Shown: positions 37,060-50,065, counted from the first letter of the stretch. The stretch is DNA of 64,000 nt from Basidiobolus meristosporus CBS 931.73 (GCA_002104905.1 MCFE01000144.1:1-64000); one strand, 5' to 3'. Numbers and translations: made by a program. The notes: generated by a model from the sequence alone, not told the origin.

Positions 37060-40000
37060 TTGTACCATGCACAAGGTAAGTGGCATATTCAAACTAGTTT
37101 GACAAGAAGTAGGAGTAAATCATCAAAGCCCCTGTTACTGATATTGGTGAAAATGTGCCACTTCTCTTGCCACAAAATTACATCATTCATCAGTTGATGG
37201 ATCACTGTGCCTACTTGGGTCCATAAAGTATCCTTGACATTTGTTTCCACAGGTGTTGTCTCATTGCATATAGGGATTTGACCGGGCTCATGTGTAGTAC
37301 TGTTATTATGGAAAACAGGCTCACAATCCATAAGTAGGCCTTCTTTGTCAGAGCTATCACTCTGCATGCCATATTTGAAAGGCTGAGGTGAGCCTAAAGG
37401 TGCCACAAACACACATGACTTAGTTTGTGCAAGGTGACAAAGATGGCCAGGTACCAATATAGAAGTATCAACTGGCTGGCAAGATAATGTTGGTACAGTA
37501 GTGACTAATAAATAATCAGATATAACTTGTGTGGCATACCACTGGCTGTGCTCCTTGTGATATATCCTATGCTGTCTGAGTGCTTCATGGCTGAGAGGCT
37601 TGCTACAGTAGCCACATGGTCTTTTTACTCTTCTCTTACAGTGTTGAATCAAAATAGTCTTGTCCATGGGGCAAGCAATTTGACACTTGAATATGATACA
37701 CTTTTAAGTCATTTTTTGCCAATACTCATCTGAATTTAAGACAGTCTTGCATTTGAGATATTGCACCTACATGAATGTAAGATTCAATAATGATCCACCA
37801 TAGTAAGCATTATAAATAAAGTTGTGGCACCACATAAACACATATATTTAGCCCCACTTCCCCTTTGGCTTGACACACTTCCTTATATATGCTGTTAAAA
37901 AATAAAGCAAAGTTGTCTAGTTCCCAAACAAGCCCCACTGCTGACAGCAGCAGAAGAATGGTTTGACAAAAGCTTGCTTTGACATGCAGTGCAACAAGCA
38001 GGACTACATTCAAAAAAGGCCAATCTGACAGTGTGCCCACTGAAGGTATTAAGGCAGAATCCTCAGGCTCTCAGTCAAGTAGGCAATTGAAAACCTCTAC
38101 AGAGCCACAAGCTGATGGATATGCTAAGGCAGATGCAAATATAGCTAACACTGTACCTTCAATTGAAGACCAGTGAGTGGCAGCCATGACATCACCACCA
38201 CCTGTATTAGTAAGTATATTGTCAGCTCATACCAAAGCATTAATGAGGCAATTAGGTGCAGTGGGTGATAGGATATAATCAATGGCCTGGAGAAATCAGG
38301 AAATAGTTCAGAAATCAGATAAGCGGATAATTGGTGTAGTGCAATCAATATCCCAGGTCAAGAAAGCAGTATCTTTGCCGCAAAGAAGAAACTCAGTAGC
38401 TCAATGTCACAGCCAAGAATTGAGCCATTTCTTAGTATAACAGCAGAGGAACACAATACAGTCATTGCAGTGCAACAACAGTGCCCAAAGTAAAGCCCAC
38501 TAAATATCTATCACAGCATGGGAGGGAGACCATGTGGTGCCTATACAAAGCCTAAAAGTCAAAAGACATTGAAGATCTGTGAAGCCATTGAATGCAATAA
38601 TTAAGAGTGGGCTAATATTCAAGAGGTCTTCAGAAGTTTAAGACACCAAGACCTTAAGGCCAGCAAATCATGGGACAATCAGGATCTTAAGGCCAAGCAG
38701 AATGTGCTTGACTTGTTCCATGAGCATTATCCTGGATTCAAATGGGCAAACAGATAATAGGCCAGAATTGGTATGCTAACAATGTATCTTAAGAATAGCA
38801 GAAACTATCAAAGGCAGTAGAACAAAAGTGCCATGGCAAAAAGCCATTGGCTCCCTCATGAGCTCATTACAAGCAAGGCTGAAAGCTCCAAAGAAGCATC
38901 AAAGAGATGTCAGGCAACTGGAAGAGTGCCAATAAGGCACAAGCAGGCAGACACAGATGCATCAGCTCAACATTTATCAAGGAAAAAGTGTAATACCACT
39001 CAAGAAGCACACAGTCAAAGTAGCAGTGAAAGATCTGGAAGTGATAAAAACCAGCGGCTATCTCAGGAGCTCCTCACAACTACAGCTGAGAGCTCAAACT
39101 AAGCAGAAAAGCAACATTAGGTTGACAGAAGAGTGCCAGCAAGAGACAAGCAGGCCAAAACAGATGTGTCAGAGCAGAATATATCAAGGAGAAAATGTAG
39201 GTAATTACAAGAAGCCCTCAGACCAAGTAGCAGTGAAAGACCTGGTAGTGATAAAGGACAAGGTAAAGGGAAAATGTCTACCCAAGCCTGAGTCAGGGAA
39301 GCATGCAAAAAATACTGCAGTTCTTGCCAATTAATGCCGCAAGCCAGGAACAGACTGAATACCATCATAGCCAAGAATAATTACCAACAAGAAAGCCGCT
39401 ACTTTCACAGGAGTCAGAAGCGCAGGTAGTTGAGCTACACTCCAGCAAGGTAGATGAGTTTGCAGAGAAAGGCAGTTTGTCTACCATAGCCTCCATGTAC
39501 TCCATTGTTGACTGAGTGAAGATCCCACTAACAGACAAGGATACAACATTGAGAACTTAAAAGACTATCCCAATGCCTTCAGTGAAACTTGGAACATTAA
39601 TAGGCATACCAAGAGGTTGCAGCACTGCTTTAAGAGCAGTGCTCAAGTAACCACACCTGAATATTGCAAGGACTTATTGCAAAGACTGCCAGATGAGGTA
39701 CTAAATCTTGCAGTGCTGGCTGAAGACTAGGACATATGGGGATCAGTGAATGAACAGTGGCATAAAGCTGTTGGGTTCCTGCCAAAGTCATGGAAAAGGA
39801 GCATTACAGCAGAAATACGTATTGAGCGGTGGATTTTAGTGGAGTTACTATTGAGTATGAGGTTGGGCTTAAAGTTAGTGTAGGGTATAAGGACTTGTTT
39901 AGGTCAGTACAGTCGTCAATTGAGATACAACTGAGTTTTAATGGAGATAAATCCATTTGCACACATAAAAAGTAAGAGAAATGGTTAAGTCAGGAAGTGA

Positions 40001-40100
40001 GGGTGTAAAAAGAGACAATAGCTAATTGATGTACACACGCATAGGAGGTGATTGAGTATCTGGGATCAGAAACCCTATGAAAAATTATTGAGATGATCCC
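37060..40100. mobile_element. CACTA-like copy A: transposase N-terminus (-, 37060-37760) and divergent ORF2 (+, ~37900-40100)
   Basis: Transposase N-terminus MDKTILIQHCKRRVKRPCGYC...NISNRGFDDLLLLL. ORF2 blocks are homologous to the copies at 40110-41960 and 47200-49620. Confidence 0.65.
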
Positions 40101-42632
40101 ATCAAAAGGCCATCACAAAGTTAATGTCCCATGACTCAGAGGTACTGATCTCATCAGGACACTGTCCAGAGACTGTTGAAAAATAATTGCACCCCAGATT
40201 TCACAAAAATCTTTGTCAAAATTTTTCATCACAACAATGTATAAGTGGCTTTTGATTGATTCTCTGCCAATTTGCTCACTTTCTGATCCCAGACACTCTA
40301 TTGCCTCCAATATTTGTGTGAATTGATTGGCTATTACCTCTTTTTCACACTCCTTACTTCCTGACCCAACTGTTTCTCTTACTTTTCATGCATACAAATT
40401 GATTTATTTCCGTTGAAACTTCAGTTGTAGCTCAATTGCCAATTGTATTGACCTATACAAGTCTCTATACCCTACACCAACATTAAGCCCAACCCCACAC
40501 TCAACAAGTAACTCCATTAAAATCCACCACTCAATATGTATTTCTGCTGTAATGCTCTGGTTCCATGACTTGAGCAGGAACCCAACAGCTTTATGCCACC
40601 ATTCATTCACTGGTTCCCCCACGTCCTGGTCTTCAGCCAGCACTGCAAGGCCTAGCTCCTCATCTGCCAGTCTTTGCAATAAATCCTTGTAATATTCCAG
40701 TGCATTTTCTTGAGCACTGCTCTTGAAGAAGTGCTGCAACCTCTTGGTGTGCCTATTAATGTTCCAGAGCTCCACTGTAGGCATTGTGATAGTCTTTTGA
40801 GCTCTTGATGTTGTAGCCTTATCTGTCAGTGGGATCTCCACTCTGTCAACAATGGAGGCTGTGGAGGCTCTGGTAGACAATTGCCTTTTTCAGCAAACTC
40901 ATCTACCTTGCTGGAGTGTAGCTCAACTGGCTGCGCTTCCAACTCTTGTGATAACCGCTGTTTTCTTGTTGGTAACTCTTCTTGGCTACAATGGGATTCA
41001 GTCTGTTCCTGGCTTGCAACATTAATTGGCAAGAACTGCAGTTTTTTTTGCATGCCTCCCTGTCTCAGGCTTGGATAGACATTTTCCCCATACTTTCTTA
41101 GCATACCAATGCTGGCCCAAAATCCCTTTGCCTATTTGAACCCAGGATAATGCTCATGGAACAAGTCAAGTGCATTCTGCTTGGCCTTGAGTTCCTGATG
41201 GTCCCATGGTATACTGGCCTTAAGGTGATGGTGTGCTAGACTTCTGACAGCCCCTTGAATATTGCCAACTTTTCATTATTGCACTCATCAGCTTCACAGA
41301 TCTCAATGTCTTTTCACTCTAGGCTTTAGTACAAACACAACAGTCACTCCTTCCCAAGCTGCAATAGGCTTTTCTTTGAGCTTTATCTTTGGACACTGCA
41401 CTTGTGCTTCAAAGACAGTACAGTGTTCCTCAGCTTTTTCATCAAATGATTGCTTAATTCTTGGCTGTAACATTGAAATACCTGAGTACCCACTTTGCAG
41501 CCTAAATATCCTATTCTCTACCTGGGGTACTGAATGCTCTTTACACATTATCTGCTCAACCTATGTCTGGGACTATTTCAGGATTTCTCTGGGCCATTGA
41601 ATCTACCCAATCAGCCACTGCACCTAATTACCTCATTCATGCTTTGGTATGAGCTAGCAATATAGTTGCTAATATGAATAGTGGTGATGTTATGATGGCT
41701 ACTTGCTGGTCTTCAGATAATGGGACTGTGGTTGCTAAATTTTCATCTGACTGAGCATTATGATCAGCTTGAGGCTCTGCTGAGATTCTCAATTGCATAC
41801 TGGACTAAGAGCCTGGGAAGTCCACATTATTACCTTCAGTGAGTACCCTGCCAATATGGGCTTCTTAGGATATAGCCTCACTTGTTGCACTGAATTTCAG
41901 AGAAAGCTGTTGTCCAACTGTTCTTCTGCTGCTGTCACCAGTAGGGTTTGGTGAAGTGTGGTAATGGAAAGTATTCCATTACTACAATATCTCTAAACCA
42001 ATATTGCACTCATTTCTTTATTTTGCTTTTTGCTATCGTAACACACAAGAGAAAGATCAAGAATTTCCAACTTTGAAGAGCAAATGCTCCAGACCCTGAC
42101 AAGCAATCCACCCAAGAATATTATGTCATACAGAACACGTAGTAGCCAACACATGTTTCAAATTACAGCTCATTTGAAGCAGTACTTAAGGAGTTATGAC
42201 CAAAAGAGTCCAACTATTATATATACTATGCCTTATTGCTAGGATTACTATGGTGACTTTGATTGCGTGTAACTTTTGAACCGGCCAATCAAATCACGTG
42301 ATATTTTCACAGGTGCTGCGCCTATGTCCGATCTGTGCCACTGCAAAATTTTAGCTTTGTATCACGTGTATTGCTTGCGCAATCGCCCAAAAACTTTGAT
42401 CCTTCAAAATTTTCATATATATGACTTCCCCAGCTGAAAAATAAAGAGAGAGCCTCTCTTTCCAGAATCTCCACACTATGATTACAAGTTTAAAGGTTAT
42501 AAGACTTCCCCTGCATCACTTGCACTGTTGAGTATTCTGACTTTGATCAGTACTACATCAGTAAAGAGACTGCAAAGCTCACAAGAATCCAATCTAAGTT
42601 CTACAAGAAACTACCACTTTTCTGTCGGAAAA

Positions 42633-42873
42633 GTCCCCTCTAAGAAACCCCTTTACTCTAAAGACACCCCTTTAGACACCCCTTTAGTCTAAAGACCCCT
42701 TTAGAGACCCCTTTACTCTAAAGAAGCCCCTTTAGGCACCCCTTTAGTGTAAAGTCCACTTTAGAGACCACTACAAGAAGCCCCTTTACTCTAAAGACAC
42801 CCCTTTAGACACCCCTTTAGGTCTAAAGACCCCTTTAGAGACTTCTACAACACACCCCTTTAGGTTAAAGGGG
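42633..42873. repeat. Array of CCCCTTTA motifs (12 exact copies plus variants) in three ~60-bp higher-order units
   Basis: Units start at ~42648, ~42708 and 42781. One inverted copy TAAAGGGG lies at ~42866, and CACTACAAGAA is embedded at 42769-42779. Confidence 0.9.
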
Positions 42874-43374
42874 AGTTCAGAATTTCCATATTAGGAAATA
42901 TTTTCTCAGAAAGAAAAGTGACTTCCAAATAAGGAAAAGTTACTATAAAAGTAAATAAGCCCATTAGTCGACAGAAGGTCAGAACACTGCTGTAGAAGTG
43001 ATAAACACTGCCTACAGTATATTTTGAGCCCATGATTGAGGAAATTAGTGAAAGTTATATCTTCTATTGGTATATCAAACTCCCAATAAACTATTTCAGT
43101 ATTAGCATACTGGAAGTTGTTGTATATTGTTGATTAGCCTCTACATTGTAGAACAAGCCCCAAACTAATCATAATACAACACAACAGAAGAGCCAGACAA
43201 CTTTATTTTATTTCTTGGCAGCATACATATGGAAGAGAGTCAAGCCAAATGGGAAATAGTTTTACATATAAAAGTATATGTGGTGTAACAGCTTTATTCA
43301 TATTGCTTATTATGGCAGGTGATGATTGAATCTTATTTTCATCTAGGTGTAATAGACTTATTCCATTGTATTGT

Positions 43375-44070
43375 GCCACATTGAGCCATGAGTGCCAAGT
43401 GATGCTGTAGTGCACCAGTGCAACCAGGCAGAGCTCTCCTTGGCCACAGTGTGTGAGACATTATTCCACATACTCATGCAAAGCAGCCCTCAAGTCTCAC
43501 CCACTGTGCTGGAGAAAATTCACTTTTTGACCTTCTTTTTGAGACTAATGTTGTGCATGATGTGTAAAGCATAGAACGGCTGAAGATAAGCATTTGGTAC
43601 CCAATACACATGGCATTCTGAGTCTAGTTCCAGAGGTTTCTCACATGCTACAAAATGTATGGCACTATTTTAGTCCACTGCTACTATCTGACACTATACT
43701 TAAATATTAGCCCTAGAATGAAACCTATATAGAGCACTTATAGTGCCAGATTGTACCAGTGGACCAAAATAGTGCCATGTATTTTTTGACATGTTACAAA
43801 CCTGTGGAGCTGTATTTGGAGTGCCTTAGGTATTGAGTACCAATTACATGTCCTCAGTTCTTCTGTGCTTTTACACATTGTGCACAACATTGGTCTTGGA
43901 GAAAAGGCCAAAAATAGGTTTTCTCCAGCACAGTTGGTGAAGCACAGGGGCTGCATTGCAATAGGATGTAAAATTATACTCAACACACTGTGGCAAAGTA
44001 TAGGTCTACTTATGCTCTTTGGCACACTACAGCATAATTTGGGACTCACAGCTCAATGTGTTGCTATCCA
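43375..44070. repeat. Long imperfect inverted repeat (~330-bp arms, short spacer)
   Basis: 43375-43705 matches the reverse complement of 43735-44070 (for example cacattgagc, gccacagtgtg, ctgtgctggagaaaa, atggcactatttt). Confidence 0.8.
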
Positions 44071-45009
44071 AAGGAGCAGGTCTATGTCTCAACATAATAC
44101 TGTGCCAAATTCATATGAGTATTAGCAATAAAGAGATATAATAGTATTGTCTTGTGGAATATCAAGCTGTTTGCCACATGGATATGACAACTTTGATTCC
44201 ACATTGTAAGAGAAGAGAAAAAAACCATGTGGCTATTGCAAGAGCCTCTCAGCCATGAAGAATGCAGTCAGTATAGGAAGTATGACAAGAATCACAGTTA
44301 GTGCTTAGCCACTCAGTCATGTTTGAGCACTCATCAGTAACTACTGTACCAACAATATCATGCCAGCCACTGGACACTTCAATAATGGCACCTAGCCATA
44401 CTTGTCACCTTGCAAAAACTGATACAGGTAAGTTTGTGATGCCTTTAGGCTCACCTTAGCCTTCTGAATATGGCACACAGAATGATAGCTCTGAAGAAGC
44501 AAGCCCACTGATGAATTGTGAGTCTATCTCCCATAACTACAGTACACTGCATGAGCCAAGCAAAATCCCAATATGCAACAAGACAACACCCATGAAAAAA
44601 TGCTAGATTTCTTTATGGAGCCAAGTGAGCCCTAAAATCTATCATCCAGTGAATGATGTGGTGCTGTACCTATTGAAATGGTGTGTTTCCACTAATATCT
44701 GTAATGGAGGCTTTGAGGATCCACAGCTTCATCTTGCCAAAATCATTCCAGGATGTAACTTACCTTGTACATGGTACAGCTAGGCAACCATCATGCTGCT
44801 GGTATTATATAATCCAGAGACTATTCTGATATCTCTATGTATTAACAGTTACATGGCATTCCCATCAGAAAATGCCACTATTGCAAAGTGTCCAACTTAT
44901 GGGGAATCCACAACCAAAGGAGGAAAACATTGTTGACACTCCAGATATATTCCAATAATACCCATCTAAAGTAGCTCATGCGGTTCAACAGATATCATGA
45001 AGCCCTATG

Positions 45010-47200
45010 AAAAATACTTTGGTCTTACAGGTGGTTCCATTCCAGATTGGCCTTATATATCCCATCAGGAGACAATTTTAATATCAGCAGCTTGGAGCTA
45101 ATGACCCTCTATACAATCTTAGGTTGAGATCACAAAAGCATTTGGCTAATTTTACCGCTAAATAAAGTTAAAACACATAACAGTATTGGGGCAGTATTTT
45201 GCAAAGTGTTGCATGACCTTATTGCGATCTTAATGCACTTGACACCTATTTGAGTGGATCTAACTAGCCAGTTGAGCCAATTGCCTTATATGGCAAGAAA
45301 CTTAAAGGTGCTTTGATGGCCTCATTGCAAGCCTCCAGGTGCATTATCATGGCCGTATAGCAGCCCACAGCTAGTTCTGTATAATGCTTTGGTACCAATA
45401 TATCAAATGGCATTTGCTTTTTATACCTTTCCTTGTGCAATTCATATATTCCACTGTAGAATCACCCCTCTTCATTTGCTTACCCACTACTACCTTGAGT
45501 ATTCCACATATAGCTCAAATCAAGGAATTCTATGGCCTCCTGCTTACCAACCTCTACAAACATGCACACAGGCTGCAATTAACATACTTCTATCACCTCA
45601 ACTTTATGGCTTTTTAGTGTGATACTTGTACAGTTGTCATATACTTTGTATTGCTGGTAACATATACATATTGCAAACATATGCTTGGTTGCCACCACTT
45701 CTGCCATGCTTTACTTTACTGGTTACCCACACATTAGGTCTGCTTAGATTCCTACTGCCATAGGTATAGGTGTTGCCATGTGCACATCTGTCTTTGGTAT
45801 TTTCCAACTCTTCCTGGCTGTCCTCCACATACCAACTTGTCACATCCATGACAAACTTTAAGGCTATATTATTGATGAGATTGGGATATGGTAGTACCTG
45901 CAAGTTGATGATCCTTCCTATCTCCCCACATATCCACTCCGTAAGGAGCTCTCAAAAGTTGAAGCAAGGTTCAATTATCTCCACATACCAAGCAAGATGG
46001 AGTAGAGAATGGAAACAGCAGCAGCAGATATCTATGTGTACAGCTTCATGTTTGGAGTATAGCCACTTGAGTCCCATCATAAACTCCTTGCACAAAATTT
46101 TGTAAGGGTCATGGAGATATTGGGAGTGATTGGGAGAAAAAGTAGATTGTGTAGTTTTCACTTAATGATTTATTGAATGTAAAAGTACTATTTATACTCT
46201 ACATGGTATTGGCATTACAAACATGTAGAATAGGCTTAGGAAGGTCAAAAAAACTTGTGTGCATGGTTTGAGGCTGTTTGGACAACTTTGAGAATTTTCT
46301 TTTTCTAGGCACCTGATATTTTAGTTAAAATAAAAAATATCCAGTTGAACCCTATCTTGTGCTTGTATTGTTCTGTATGAATATGAATAGTGATATGAGC
46401 TCATGGGAAGTACTTAGGGTAGCAAACCCTCTGTAAAATCTTGCCAATTCTTTCAAGCTTCTCCTGTTTCTCAAAGGGATCATCTAGCTTCAAATGCCCC
46501 ATGCACAACTGGGTCATTAATATAGGGACATTGTTGAAAGCAAATGCATTGCTCCTAGTGGAAAGCATTTGCTCCAACAGATATCCTCTATCTTGAGTAT
46601 CTCTGGTTTCCAATCAGTTCCATACTCCAATTAGTTGCTTGTAGCTTGCCAACTTGTTGGCAATTGCAAGCTGACTTCTGTATGTCCTCTCTGCAGGAAG
46701 ATGATGTTCTTAGTGTTGGTGTTTGGATGAAAAAAATATGAGTGAGTTATGGAGTAAGTCCCCTGGATCTCACACACTTAACAGCTATACTGTCTGTTGT
46801 ATCCAGAGAAGCCAGCTATCTTGCGGATGGCAGGGGTATCCTGATGCAGATAAAAATATGTGCTTTGACATAATGGCCTTGTACTGTTCTCCAGCTGGAA
46901 ATTATACAAAATTCATCCAGCAAAGAATACAGGTAGCTAACCAGGTTGGACAGTCATTTAGGCCCATGTAACAGTGAGACTACCATCAGATTTTGGCTCT
47001 GAAACTATAAGATAAGCAGCAGATCCAGGTTTATGAGAATCTGTGGCCAGCAAAATTTGCTGGTATTGTTCTTGTTTAATGAAGATCCATCAAGTGTTAA
47101 GGCAAAGGCATGGTCACACAAACCTTCAAAGTAGCCCTAGCTTCTTAGCTGTTTGCAATGTGTGCCATCACTGATGTATCCCAAATTTCACAAAAAACTT
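45010..47200 (-). mobile_element. En/Spm (CACTA) Tnp2-like transposase pseudogene, core and C-terminus, interrupted by a copia LTR fragment at ~46101-46340
   Basis: Reads ISDGTHCKQLR.GYF...FALTLDG...CWPQILINL...NLMVVSLLHGPK..LVSYLYSLLDEF, then DTPAIRKIAGFSGYN..YSC.VCEIQG. The C-terminus reads CFHSLLHLA...LPYPNLINNI. Confidence 0.85.
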
Positions 47201-50060
47201 AGTCAAAATTTTTCATCACAATGATGAATAAGTGGTTGTGGTTTGGTTCCCTGCCAATTTGCTCACTTTCTGATCCTGGCCACTCTATCACCTCCTACAT
47301 TTGTGGGCATGGATTGGCTATTGCCTCTTTTTCACACCCCTTACTTCCTGACTTAACTGTTTCTCTTACTTTTCACATGTACAACTTGATATATTTCCAT
47401 TGAAGCTTCAGTTGTACCTCAATTGCCAATTGTATTGACTTATACAAGTCCCTATATCCTACACCAACATTAAGCTCAACCCCACACTCAACAAGTAACT
47501 CCATAAAAATCCATCACTCAATATGTATATCTGCTGTAATACTCTGGTTCCACAACTTTGGTGGAAACCAACTGCTTTATGCCACTGTTCATTCCCTGGT
47601 TCCCACATGTCCTGGTCTTCATCCAGCACAGCAAGGTCTAGCACTTCATCTACCTGTCTTTGCAATAAATCCTTGCAATATTCAGCTGCATTTTCTTGAG
47701 CATTCCACATGAAAAAGTGCTGCAACCTCTTGGTGTGCCTATTGATGCTCCAAAATTCCACTGACGGCATTGTGATAGTTTTTGGAGCTCTTGACATTGT
47801 GGCCTTGTCTGTTGATGGGTTCTACACTCTGTCAACAATGGATGATGTGGATGCTGTAATAGGCAAATTGCCATTTTCTGCAAACACATCTACCTTGCAG
47901 GAGTGTAGCTCAATTGGCTGCACTTCCACCTATTGTGAAAACAGCTGTTTTCTTGTTGGTACTTTTTCTTGGCTATGATGGGACTCAATATGTTTGAGGC
48001 TTGCAACATAAATGACAAGAACTACAGTTTTTTGGCATGCCTCCCTGTCTCAGGATTGGGTAAACATTTTTCCCTTTATCACTACCAGGTCTTTCACTGC
48101 TACTTTGTCTGAGTGCTTCCTGCATTGGGCTACATTTTCTCCTTAATAAATTCTACTCTGACACATCTGTTTTGGCCTGATTGTCCCTTGCTTTCACTCT
48201 TCTGGCAGCCTTACATCTCTTTTCCACTTGCTTTGAGCTCTCAACTGTAGTGGTGATGGCCTCCTGTCAAAGCAGCTGGTTTTTATTACTGCTAGGTCCT
48301 TCACTGCTACTTTGACTGAGTGCTTCTAGAGTGGTACTATGCTTTTTCCTTGAAGAATATGATGCTTGTGCATCCATGTCTGCCTGCTTGTCCTTAATTG
48401 GCACTCTTCCAGCTACCTGACATCTCTTTAACACTTGTTGGGAGCTTATGACTCTGCTTGTAAAGGGCTCTGGAGGAAGCTGCTGGTTTCTAGCCATAGC
48501 ACCATTGTCCTTCTGCCTTTGATAGCTTCTGCTCTTCTTAAAATACTTTGCTAGCATACCAATGCTGGCCTAATTTCTGTCTGTTTGTTGGGAATTCTGG
48601 ATAATGCTCATGGAACAAGTCAAGAGCATTCTGCTTGGCCTTGAGTTCCTGATGGTTCCATGGTATGCAGGCCTTAAGGTGATGATGTGCTAGACTACTG
48701 ATGGCCTCCTGCATATTAGCTCACTCTTTATTATTGTACCCAATGGCTTCATAGATCTCAATGTCTTTTGATTTTTGGCTTTGGTATAAGCACCACAGTG
48801 TCTCCCTCCCACACTGTGATAGGTTTTTCTGTGGGCCTTTTCTTTGGGCACTGTTGTTGTGCTTCAAAGACTGTTTGGTGCTCATTACAATACATTACAT
48901 TGGAAATGGCTAATTCTTTGCTGTGACATTGAGCTACTTGGGTTCCTTCTTTGCAGCAAGGTTACTGCTTTCTTTACCTGAGATGTTGAATGCTCTACAC
49001 ATATAATTCACTCATCTTGTTTCAAGACTACTTCCTGATTTCTCAGGGCCATTGCATCTATCCAATCAGCCACGGCACCTAATTGCTTCATTATTACTTT
49101 GGTATTAGCCAGCAACATACTAGACTTGCTCCATTGTGCCATTGATCATAGTGCCAGAAAGTGCTGTATATCTTGTTATTAATTTGATATTTTAGGGTCA
49201 TATGCATGTCAATTTTGATCCCAAATTGGCACTGTATGGCACTATCTGGCACTCTATGGCATGATCAGGCACCATCTGGCATGCTATGGCACTATTGGGC
49301 ACTATGATCAGCTGGAATGATGGAACAAGTCTACTTGCTAATATGGGCAGTAGGGATGTTTTGATTGCCACTTGCTGGTATTCAACTGAGGTACTGAGTT
49401 TGCTACATTCTCCTCTACCTGAGCATAACAGTCAGCTTGTGGCTCTGCAGAGGTTCTCAATTGCCTACTTGACCAAGAGCCTGAGGAGTCCGCATTATTA
49501 CCTTCAGTGGGCACACTGTCTACATGGCCTTTTTTGGATGTAGCCCTGCTTGTTGCTCTGAGTGTCAAAGCAAGCTGTTGTCCAACTGTTCTTCAGCTGC
49601 TGTCAGCAGTGGGGTTTGTTTGGGAACTAGACAGTTTTACTTTATTTTTTAGCAGCACATATATGGAAGTGAGTCAAACCAATGGGGAAACAGTGTTAAA
49701 TATATGTGTTTGTGTGGTGCCTCAAATTTATTTATAAAGCTCACTATGGCAGGTCATCACTGAATCTTACATTTGTTTAGGTGCAATGTCTCAAATACAA
49801 GGCTGTCTTAAATTTGCATAAGTATTGACAATGAAGTGATATAATAGTGTTACGTTGTTGAAGGTCAATCTGTTTGCCCCATGGACAAGACTACTTTGAC
49901 TCAATGCCGTAAGAGAAGAGAAAAAAGACCTTGTGGCTATTGTGGCAAGCCTCCCAGCCATGAAGCATGCCAACAGCATAGGATGTATTACAAGGATCAT
50001 GGCCAGTGTCTTGCCACACAAGTCATATTTGATCATTTGTTAGTCACTACCATGTGAGTA
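47200..50060. mobile_element. CACTA-like copy C: ORF2 (-, ~47200-49620) and transposase N-terminus (+, ~49790-50060)
   Basis: ORF2 reads ASIGMLAKYFKKSRSYQR. The plus strand reads MDKTTLTQCRKRREKRPCGYCGKPPSHEACQQHRMYY. Confidence 0.65.
49121..49333. mobile_element. MITE-like insertion (213 bp) with ~35-bp imperfect TIRs and an internal 10-bp tandem array
   Basis: Left end TAGACTTGCTCCAT...TGATCATAGTGCC; right end GGCACTATGATCA...ATGGAACAAGTCTA. The segment is absent from the homologous sites at ~38225 and ~41660. Eight 10-bp TGGCAC-type units lie at 49227-49306. Confidence 0.75.
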
Positions 50061-50065
50061 CTAAA

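Larger units (their letters stand above)
40110..45010. mobile_element. CACTA-like copy B: ORF2 (-, 40110-41960) and transposase N-terminus (+, ~44170-45010), with insertions between
   Basis: ORF2 reads WDHQELKAKQNALDLFHEHYPGFK. The transposase reads PCGY, then LCINSYMAFPSE..CPTYGE...RYIPIIP, matching the En/Spm CxxC...RYxP region. Confidence 0.65.

Noticed and set aside
42633-49306. Repeat arrays considered as CRISPR-like
   Set aside because: No unique spacers of constant length, no cas genes, and a eukaryotic context.
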